A stretch of DNA of 32,000 nucleotides. It comes from Thermosulfurimonas dismutans (GTDB taxonomy: Bacteria; Desulfobacterota; Thermodesulfobacteria; Thermodesulfobacteriales; Thermodesulfobacteriaceae). The notes under the pieces were generated by a model that was given only the letters and a program-made list of their open reading frames with translations, ran no database searches and was not told the origin of the DNA. Positions 1-6,376 of this stretch are shown in pieces. Every line of letters begins with the position of its first letter. The first letter of the stretch is position 1. The stretch spans positions 1-32,000 of the forward strand of contig NZ_LWLG01000009.1 in assembly GCF_001652585.1 (NCBI RefSeq), written 5' to 3'. A program made the position numbers and the translations under genes.

Positions 1-581
1 TTGAGACTGTCATAGCATTTATCTGCTATAAGACATTCGGCTTTAAAAGTGACCGGATCAATCTCTGCCAGAGCTTCCAGGAGAAGTTTTACCTCGCTGG
101 CATAGGGACCTCCGGTTTCAGCGGTAATGACGATTCTTTTTCCGGATGAAGTTACTCCGATTATGGGGACCACTCTTATATGGGCTTTTACTTTTCTGAT
201 TTCTGAGCCTCTTAAGAATTTTAAAGGGTAGAGGTCATGATAACTAAAGCCGGTGCCATCAGAGATAAAGAAAAAGAGGTGGTGTTCTTTTGCTAGAAGT
301 TTTCGGGCCAATTCTTGGAGAAGGATTTTCAGGGATTGTTTAGGGAATTTTGAGACTCGGTAGTGGTAGGTAGAAAGGGCGGGTCTTCGTCCCAATATAT
401 CGAAGGCCTCTTCTAGGGCTTCTCGGTAGGATAGATTTTTTAGGGTTTGGTAGAGGAAGATAGAGATAATGAAGGCATCGGAATAAGTTTTTGGGCGACC
501 TCGAAAGGCTAGGGGCTTTTCATTTATTATGGCTCGGGTTATTTTGAAGATGGTCTTGAGACGCAGTTTGCTTCTTCTCAT
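1..581 (-). CDS. DDE transposase, N-terminal part (partial, continues beyond window start)
   Basis: The ATG at 581-579 (minus strand) opens MRRSKLRLKTIF..., the same protein as 3606-4508. The differences I could translate include two amino-acid changes (S/F, T/A). Confidence 0.85.
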   Translation of the reverse strand, partial: MRRSKLRLKTIFKITRAIINEKPLAFRGRPKTYSDAFIISIFLYQTLKNLSYREALEEAFDILGRRPALSTYHYRVSKFPKQSLKILLQELARKLLAKEHHLFFFISDGTGFSYHDLYPLKFLRGSEIRKVKAHIRVVPIIGVTSSGKRIVITAETGGPYASEVKLLLEALAEIDPVTFKAECLIADKCYDSL

Positions 582-640
582 GTTGGGGGAGTTAATTCTA
601 GGCTCCCCCAACGTCAATATCTAGTTTTTCGAACACCCTC
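1..640 (-). mobile_element. Partial copy (cut by window edge) of the same IS4/IS5-superfamily IS found complete at 3546-4495, in inverted orientation
   Basis: Reverse complement of 1-640 aligns colinearly with 3546-4190. By eye I count 5 substitutions and one 1-nt indel (A5 vs A6 near the end). The match stops exactly at 640 (gaacaccctc, which equals the IRL of the full copy). Confidence 0.9.
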
Positions 641-1006
641 AGCCATTGTATTGATCCAGCACCTTTGGCACTCGGGATAATTTTCAAAATTTGCAGCCTC
701 GGGGAAAAGATCAAACTCGGCCGTATGCCCGTTGGAAGCTGAGACCGAAAGATATATAGGGGGCGTCCAATCAGAGCTCTCACCAGAGTCGTAATCTTCC
801 CCTGCCCACACGTCCCCCCGTTGCTCCTGAGAAGTCCAGGTGATGGTGGGGGTTCCGTATACCCCCGTGACCGAAAACTGCGACCAATCGAGGTAGATAG
901 TGGCTGTGTGGTGGAAAGAGGGGCAGCTAAAACCTCCACTACAGCCAACTAAAACTAAGGCCAGAAATACCAACCTTAACACCTTACACCACCCAATTTT
1001 AAGCAT
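614..1006 (-). CDS. Small putative lipoprotein; the last 7 codons and the stop are supplied by the IS end, so the 3' end is probably disrupted
   Basis: N-terminus MLKIGWCKVLRLVFLALVLVGC-SGG has a signal peptide plus a lipobox-like LVGC. The ORF crosses the IS boundary at 640 (...NTMAE|GVRKTRY*). The start lies 3 nt after the upstream LamG stop. Confidence 0.5.
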   Translation of the reverse strand: MLKIGWCKVLRLVFLALVLVGCSGGFSCPSFHHTATIYLDWSQFSVTGVYGTPTITWTSQEQRGDVWAGEDYDSGESSDWTPPIYLSVSASNGHTAEFDLFPEAANFENYPECQRCWINTMAEGVRKTRY

Positions 1007-1009
1007 GAC

Positions 1010-1837
1010 CTAACACCATGAATATTTTCGGCGAAAGATCCCCCAACCTAAAAGCCCCCCGCCTAGGAGCCACACCCCCGCCGGAAGCGGAACCGGCGCC
1101 CCATTATAACTGTAAAGGGTGGAAATTTGATCGGAGGAAAGGGCCGTCTGCCAGAGAGTAACTTCGTCCATTATGCCGTAAAAGTAGTTGTCCGAACCAG
1201 GAAAGTCGGCCCCCACATAAATAGGTGAGTTAGCAGCCTGAATGCCGGCGCTGATATTCACCTCCCCCACCAGGGAAGCGTCCTTATAGAAACGAAGGGT
1301 GGAGCCGTCGTAGGTCACGGCCACGAAGTGAAAAACATTCTCCTCCACCATGGGGTTTGGCGTCCAATATTGATTCCACCAGTTCTGTTCTCCGAAGCGC
1401 ACATGCCCCTTTCCGTTATAAAACTCAAAATTAAAGGAATTCTCATCACTATTTAAATCCTCGTTTCCACCTTTGCTCACAAAGGCAAGCCAACCAAACC
1501 AGTCGGTATTTAGAGAGTAGGGCTTGAGCCAGCCCGCAATGGTAAAGGAATTTGTGGGCCATTTTAAGGCTTCAGTATAGAAGTAAGGATAATCACTACC
1601 CTCCTTTTGAAACTCCAAAGCGTTCCCGCGTACGCCGGAAGTAGCCTGTAGGAGGTCGCCTCTCACCACCGTAATATCCGTAAAACGCCCGGTCTCATCT
1701 TTGAAAGGATTTTCCGGATCGTCAAAGGACCACCAGGCCACAAGATCACTCACCGGAAGCGAAGTTGCCGAGGACAGGGCAAAATACCCAACTAGTCCAT
1801 ACAATATAAGTGTAAAGACCAGCACTCTTTTCAACAT
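1010..1837 (-). CDS. LamG/concanavalin-like lectin-domain protein with C-terminal PEP-CTERM (VPLP-type) sorting signal
   Basis: N-terminal signal peptide. LamG-like core (TIAGWLKP..., FHFVAVTYDG..., LRFYKDASLVG, YVGAD..., GIMDEVTLW). C-terminus is VPLPAGVWLLGGGLLGWGIFRRKYSWC, i.e. motif, TM helix, basic cluster. SD AAGGAGGTG precedes the ATG. Confidence 0.8.
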   Translation of the reverse strand: MLKRVLVFTLILYGLVGYFALSSATSLPVSDLVAWWSFDDPENPFKDETGRFTDITVVRGDLLQATSGVRGNALEFQKEGSDYPYFYTEALKWPTNSFTIAGWLKPYSLNTDWFGWLAFVSKGGNEDLNSDENSFNFEFYNGKGHVRFGEQNWWNQYWTPNPMVEENVFHFVAVTYDGSTLRFYKDASLVGEVNISAGIQAANSPIYVGADFPGSDNYFYGIMDEVTLWQTALSSDQISTLYSYNGAPVPLPAGVWLLGGGLLGWGIFRRKYSWC

Positions 1838-1923
1838 TTGCCCACCTCCTTATACTCCTCAATTTTCAAGGAATGAGACAAAGGATTCTTTATCGAGTTG
1901 CGACAAAACGGCTTGGTCATTTC

Positions 1924-3471
1924 TTAATGGGCAAACCACCGTTTTCTAGCCACCAAACCACCCGCAAAAAGTGCCGACCCCAGAAGCCAGAGAGCACCCG
2001 GGAGAGGCACCGGAGAAACGTTAAAAAAGAGCCCTCCCTGTACTGATATTTTATCCCCGGCATAAGCATAAAGTTCAAAACCGGTACTTCCATCAAGATA
2101 GTACAACCAGCCAGGTTCAAGCAAAACTTTCTTCGAGTAAATATAGGAATAATCTCCCTCTGGGCTCACCCCATAAACTTGGAAAGTGCTGCTTTTCTTT
2201 AGCAAATCGACCCCATCATCGTCAAAATTGGCATGTTTAGAAAGCTCGATCGAAAAACCGTATATAGCCTCGTTCAGAGTGGAACTATAATCCTCAACAC
2301 CGGAGAGCTTCACCGTATAAACCACGGAAAGAAAAGAAGGTTGTTCCACCTGGAACCATCCCTCTTGAGAAAGACGAATATCCTCATGATTATAGGTACG
2401 CAAGGAATAAGAAGAATCTAAAGATACACTTCCATTAAAGCTAAGCCCTGTTGCATCACTTTTCAGATGAGCCGTATAAGGATAACCTGATTCTTCACCA
2501 TCCGAGACATTCAAGAAAGCGGGGGGACCGTGTGTAAACGAAGAAGGATTAGAGTCAGCCGTATCATAATCCCCCCCTCCGACTATGGTACTTCCTGAGT
2601 CATATGAATAAACCTTATAGCTATACCCCACTTTAAATGTTGCGTAGTGCTCACTCCCTATGAAATAAGGAACGGGTGAGGCCCAAAGCCGGGGAAGTAT
2701 TCCTAAAATACCGACCAGAAGCACAGCTACTGCCGCCACCAGCTTTTTCCGTAAACGCATTCCTATAAATCCCAGACAACCGGATAGCAGCAGGAGAGCC
2801 GCCGAGGGAAGAGGCACAGGCGAAAACCCCAAATTCACCGTATAATTTCCGCTAATTTCATCCCCCCCAAAAGCCTCAAGAGTTATGCTTCCACTAACCT
2901 TAAGAGAATAAGAACCGACCTGCAGCGGAAACTTTAAAGGCATAAAAGAGCCCGTAGATTCTGTAATGAAACTCTCACTTCCTGATCCGAGATAAGAAAA
3001 TATTAAATCATTTTGGGAATCGTAAAGATATAGATTGAACGTTTCTTTCCAATAATTTCCCGTTTGTCCAGAATCCTGTCCCCCATAATTTACACGAAAG
3101 GCCACATCCAAAAAACCGGGTTGCAAAACCGTAAATGTTCCTTCTTGCTTGAATTGGAAAGATACTTTACTTTTGAAAGCATTATCCGGGCTACCCAAAT
3201 CGGGGGCGGCTGCATACCCCGTAAAAGTCACCCCGGAAGAGTCGTTTTGCAGGCTACCCGAAGCCTCCCAATCTCCATTCTCGTCCTTCAAGGAAAAGGA
3301 AAGAGTCCCCGCCTGCTGAGAAGTGGAACTTTGAGTAAAGATAGTAGTAGCTCCATTCGAAGCTTTAATGCTCCCCGATGTCCAGTAGTAGGGCGTTCCA
3401 GTCCAAGGAATAAGAGCCCCTATAGCCCGAGTGGAAAAGAAAAAGAAAGCGCATAAAAATATACCCCCCAC
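1924..3471 (-). CDS. Tandem PEP-CTERM protein: two paralogous secreted modules, each ending in a VPLP-TM-basic sorting signal, in one uninterrupted ORF
   Basis: Module 1 (aa 1-243) ends SPVPLPSAALLLLSGCLGFIGMRLRKK. Module 2 (aa 238-515) starts MRLRKKLVAAVAVLLVGILGILPRLWA-SP and ends SPVPLPGALWLLGSALFAGGLVARKRWFAH. The modules are paralogous (QEGTFTVLQPGFLDVAFRV vs QEGWFQVEQPSFLSVVYTV). GTG start at 3471. Confidence 0.75.
   Translation of the reverse strand: MGGIFLCAFFFFSTRAIGALIPWTGTPYYWTSGSIKASNGATTIFTQSSTSQQAGTLSFSLKDENGDWEASGSLQNDSSGVTFTGYAAAPDLGSPDNAFKSKVSFQFKQEGTFTVLQPGFLDVAFRVNYGGQDSGQTGNYWKETFNLYLYDSQNDLIFSYLGSGSESFITESTGSFMPLKFPLQVGSYSLKVSGSITLEAFGGDEISGNYTVNLGFSPVPLPSAALLLLSGCLGFIGMRLRKKLVAAVAVLLVGILGILPRLWASPVPYFIGSEHYATFKVGYSYKVYSYDSGSTIVGGGDYDTADSNPSSFTHGPPAFLNVSDGEESGYPYTAHLKSDATGLSFNGSVSLDSSYSLRTYNHEDIRLSQEGWFQVEQPSFLSVVYTVKLSGVEDYSSTLNEAIYGFSIELSKHANFDDDGVDLLKKSSTFQVYGVSPEGDYSYIYSKKVLLEPGWLYYLDGSTGFELYAYAGDKISVQGGLFFNVSPVPLPGALWLLGSALFAGGLVARKRWFAH
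2743..2817 (-). other. Internal PEP-CTERM-type sorting signal (VPLP...RLRKK) overlapping the signal-peptide n-region and ATG (2760-2758) of the second module
   Basis: Read directly from translation of codons 219-243 of the 515-aa ORF. There is no stop codon after the basic cluster. Confidence 0.7.
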
Positions 3472-3509
3472 CGCATGGCCCCCTCCTCTTTCGAGGCGGT
3501 GTTAAGCCT

Positions 3510-3536
3510 AATATAACAAAAATGAGACTTTGTCAA
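3510..3536 (-). promoter_or_regulatory. Candidate sigma70 promoter for the PEP-CTERM cargo genes
   Basis: Minus strand reads TTGACA (3536-3531), a 15-nt spacer ending in TGT (extended -10), then TATATT (3515-3510). It lies about 35 nt upstream of the cargo start. The spacer is short, so this is tentative. Confidence 0.35.
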
Positions 3537-3545
3537 TATGTGCGA
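3536..3545. repeat. Target-site duplication (left copy) ATATGTGCGA of the IS at 3546-4495
   Basis: Identical 10-mer at 4496-4505, directly abutting both IS termini. Confidence 0.85.
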
Positions 3546-4495
3546 GAGGGTGTTCGAAAAAACTAGATATTGACGTTGGGGGAGCCTAGAATTAACTCCC
3601 CCAACATGAGAAGAAGCAAACTGCGTCTCAAGACCATTTTCAAAATAACCCGAGCCATAATAAATGAAAAGCCCCTGGCCTTTCGAGGTCGCCCAAAAAC
3701 TTATTCCGATGCCTTCATTATCTCTATCTTCCTCTACCAAACCCTAAAAAATCTATCCTACCGAGAAGCCCTAGAAGAGGCCTTCGATATATTGGGACGA
3801 AGACCCGCCCTTTCTACCTACCACTACCGAGTCTCAAAATTCCCTAAACAATCCCTGAAAATCCTTCTCCAAGAATTGGCCCGAAAACTTCTAGCAAAAG
3901 AACACCACCTCTTTTCCTTTATCTCTGATGGCACCGGTTTTAGTTATCATGACCTCTACCCTTTAAAATTCTTAAGAGGCTCAGAAATCAGAAAAGTAAA
4001 AGCCCATATAAGAGTGGTCCCCATAATCGGAGTAACTTCATCCGGAAAAAGAATCGTCATTACCGCTGAAACCGGAGGTCCCTATGCCAGCGAGGTAAAA
4101 CTTCTCCTGGAAGCTCTGACAGAGATTGATCCGGTCACTTTTAAAGCCGAATGTCTTATAGCAGATAAATGCTATGACAGTCTCAAGGTCATGGAAAAAC
4201 TTGTAGAGCTTGGATTAAAACCGGCCATAAAAGTAAAAGAAACCTTCAGGCAGAAGGTAAAACATCCTCTGCGGAAAGATTCCAGAATTTTCTGGGAGAA
4301 ATGGGGCCGAAATAGATATCTGATTGAAAGTTTGTTTGGTACGGTAAAACTGAAAATAGGCTCGCATTTTAGGGTAAGAAAGGAAGAAATAGCCCAGAAG
4401 AGAGGACTGGCCGCTTTTGTGCTCTATAATATGTACCTCCTGGCTACCTTCCTCTATATCTCGTTGCTCCTTAAAAACTATTTTCGAACACTCTC
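3546..4495 (+). mobile_element. Complete 950-bp IS, IS4/IS5 superfamily (PF01609-type DDE transposase)
   Basis: Imperfect terminal inverted repeats GAGGGTGTTCGAAAA... (3546 onward) and the reverse complement of ...TTTTCGAACACTCTC (ending 4495). 10-bp direct repeats flank it. A single transposase ORF fills it. A second copy sits at 1-640. Confidence 0.9.
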
Positions 4496-4508
4496 ATATG
4501 TGCGATGA
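3606..4508 (+). CDS. DDE transposase (IS4/IS5 superfamily)
   Basis: D/D/E-type motifs FISDGTGFS, LIADKCYDS and NRYLIESLFGTVKLK (Y-R-E-K-like signature). The ORF reads through the right IR, and its TGA (4506-4508) lies in flanking DNA. I prefer the ATG at 3606 over the TTG at 3570. Confidence 0.85.
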   Translation: MRRSKLRLKTIFKITRAIINEKPLAFRGRPKTYSDAFIISIFLYQTLKNLSYREALEEAFDILGRRPALSTYHYRVSKFPKQSLKILLQELARKLLAKEHHLFSFISDGTGFSYHDLYPLKFLRGSEIRKVKAHIRVVPIIGVTSSGKRIVITAETGGPYASEVKLLLEALTEIDPVTFKAECLIADKCYDSLKVMEKLVELGLKPAIKVKETFRQKVKHPLRKDSRIFWEKWGRNRYLIESLFGTVKLKIGSHFRVRKEEIAQKRGLAAFVLYNMYLLATFLYISLLLKNYFRTLSYVR

Positions 4509-5539
4509 GTACGCCGTGAGGGGTCGAGGCGGCTCAAAAGGGCCTGCATGATGCCCTTCCAGTCCCTTTCAAGGGAACGACAAAAATCCAGGCGCTCGGA
4601 AAGCTCGGCCACCAAGGCCTCAAGGACTCTGACTCTTTGCTCGAGGGCCTGGACTCGCGCCTGCAAATCCTCTGAAGGCGGGGCGGTAGCGGAAGCCTCC
4701 TCCCGCCGGGAGGACTCGCTATCGAAAAAGAGACCACTTTTTCGACGGTCCTCCACCACGTCCTCTATCACCTTCCGATCGATGCGAGGAAGCTCGTCCG
4801 CAAACCCGTAAACCAGAGCGGTATCGCACAAGATATTTATCAGTCGGGGTATGCCCCTAGAATAACGATAGATGGCCTCCACGGCGTCTTCCGTAAAGAG
4901 GTCGAGATCTCTGGCTCCGGCCACCCGCAAACGGTGGCGAATGTATTCCGCTACCTCTTCTCGGTTGAGGGGTTCCAGATGGCAATAGACCGTAACCCTC
5001 TGAATGAGCTGTTTGAGAGAAGGATGCTGAAGTTTGCGACGCAACTCCGGCTGCCCCACCAGAATGATCTGCCAGAGGGGTTCCTTTTCGGTCTCCAGAT
5101 TGGAGATAAGGCGGATTTCCTCCAAGGTTTGAAGAGATAGGTTCTGGGCCTCGTCCACGATCAGGATAACCCTCCGGCGAAAAGCGTATTCCTTCAAAAG
5201 AAATTCGTTCAAGACGTTGAGGATTCCGGCCTTATCCAGGCCATCAACAGGGATCTCTAGCTCCTGGCAGATGAGTTTTAGAAATTGTAAGGGTGAAACC
5301 GTAGTATTATAAACATAGGCCACCTTGATTGGGCCTTTAATCCTGCGGAGAAGAAAGTTTAGAAGCGTGGTTTTCCCGGAACCTATCTCCCCGGTTATGA
5401 CCACGAAGCCCTTGTTTTCATAGATGGCGTACCGAAGGTGAGTATAAACGTTTTCGTGCTTACGGCTCATAAAAAGGTAATCGGGATCAGGAGAAAGAAT
5501 AAAAGGCTTCTCCCGAAAACCGTAAAAAGATTCATACAT
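4478..5539 (-). CDS. AAA ATPase, ExeA/GspA-like, of the PEP-CTERM-locus ATPase type; C-terminus altered by the IS insertion
   Basis: Walker A GEIGSGKT, Walker B ILIVDEAQ, and an ExeA-like fold signature (YESFYGFREKPF N-terminus). The last 5 codons (ESVRK) and the stop are IS-derived. Confidence 0.8.
   Translation of the reverse strand: MYESFYGFREKPFILSPDPDYLFMSRKHENVYTHLRYAIYENKGFVVITGEIGSGKTTLLNFLLRRIKGPIKVAYVYNTTVSPLQFLKLICQELEIPVDGLDKAGILNVLNEFLLKEYAFRRRVILIVDEAQNLSLQTLEEIRLISNLETEKEPLWQIILVGQPELRRKLQHPSLKQLIQRVTVYCHLEPLNREEVAEYIRHRLRVAGARDLDLFTEDAVEAIYRYSRGIPRLINILCDTALVYGFADELPRIDRKVIEDVVEDRRKSGLFFDSESSRREEASATAPPSEDLQARVQALEQRVRVLEALVAELSERLDFCRSLERDWKGIMQALLSRLDPSRRTHRTYESVRK
4496..4505. 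repeat. Target-site duplication (right copy) ATATGTGCGA
   Basis: Identical to 3536-3545. Confidence 0.85.
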
Positions 5540-5544
5540 AAGGG

Positions 5545-6327
5545 CTAATTCCTCATCTTATTAAGTACTACCCCTATAAAAGGCTTCTCCTCCAAAAGCT
5601 CCACCGCGGCTTTAACATCTTCGGCAGGGGTTTTCTCCGCCTCCACCACCATCAAGACCGCATCCGCATAGTCAGAAAGCACCAAGGGATCCGCCGAAGA
5701 AAGAAGAGGTGGCGAATCTAGGATAATGAATCGCTCCGGATAGCGAGTTTTTATGTCGTGGAATACAGTCTCGGCAAAAGGCGAACCCAAAAGCTCGGCC
5801 GAACCGGAAAGACTTTTCCCTGCGGGCATGACTACAAACCTAGGGATGTCAGGGTTGATCAAAATCTCGGGGATCTGGGCCTCTTTAAGGAGTACGTTAG
5901 CCAGTCCTTTATTCGGATTCAGCCCCAGATAGGTATGTACGGCCGGATTTTTAAGATTGGCGTCTACCAGAAGAACCGTCCGATCAAATTCCTGAGCTAT
6001 GCTTATGGCCAAGTTGATAGCAGCCAGAGTTTTTCCTTCCCCGCGCCGGGCGCTAGTAACCAGAAGGGTGTTTCCTGAAAGCTCCTCCATGCGGTCCATG
6101 ATGCGAGTGCGCAGGATCCTAAGCTGCTCGGACATGCTTTCTTCATGGAAAAAGCTAAAAATCTTGTTACGCCGGAGAAGTTCCCTGTCCACCGGAACAA
6201 TTTGGGTTTGCGTATATACAGGGCTAATTTCCTCTCTGCGGGGGGAACGGGTTGATTTAGCCTCGATCTCAATGGCCTCCTGTCTGGCCTCTCCCGCTTT
6301 TTCCAGGGCCTTTTTTATCTTGCTCAT
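5545..6327 (-). CDS. BY-kinase-like (CpsD/CapB-type) ATPase, PEP-CTERM-locus tyrosine-autokinase family
   Basis: Walker A TSARRGEGKT, A' LLVDANLKNP, B IILDSPP. I prefer the ATG at 6327 (SD GGGAGGAG upstream) over the GTG at 6351. Confidence 0.75.
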   Translation of the reverse strand: MSKIKKALEKAGEARQEAIEIEAKSTRSPRREEISPVYTQTQIVPVDRELLRRNKIFSFFHEESMSEQLRILRTRIMDRMEELSGNTLLVTSARRGEGKTLAAINLAISIAQEFDRTVLLVDANLKNPAVHTYLGLNPNKGLANVLLKEAQIPEILINPDIPRFVVMPAGKSLSGSAELLGSPFAETVFHDIKTRYPERFIILDSPPLLSSADPLVLSDYADAVLMVVEAEKTPAEDVKAAVELLEEKPFIGVVLNKMRN

Positions 6328-6376
6328 AAAGTGCTCCTCCCTAAATTTCACTTAACCATCAATTTAGTGAACCAAT

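Noticed and set aside
598-948. 116-aa ORF overlapping the lipoprotein ORF in another minus-strand frame
   Set aside because: It has no signal peptide or other motif, and a Pro/Gly/Arg-rich low-complexity composition typical of an off-frame translation. The overlapping 614-1006 frame has a signal peptide plus lipobox and fits the operon spacing.
641-3545. The cargo block acquired as cargo of a composite transposon
   Set aside because: The right-hand IS has its own 10-bp TSD. One TSD copy lies inside and one outside the bracketed block. Removing that IS restores a natural stop codon for the ATPase gene. This argues for independent simple insertions into a pre-existing contiguous locus. The geometry is still reported as a finding because it permits future inversion or mobilisation.
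3420-3740. 106-aa minus-strand ORF spanning the IS left end and the cargo upstream region; also the plus-strand ORFs 1701-1949, 2233-2421 and 3064-3456 inside the cargo genes
   Set aside because: The first crosses an IS boundary, so it cannot be an ancestral gene. Only its last 18 codons (from the SD-proximal ATG at 3476) are of interest, and those are covered by the G6-tract finding. The others are off-frame ORFs without motifs.
6328-6376. Short inverted repeat TTCACT-N13-AGTGAA between the chain-length and kinase genes, as a possible attenuator or terminator
   Set aside because: The stem is only 6 bp, is AT-rich, and has no U-tract. It sits within a tightly packed operon and is too weak to call.
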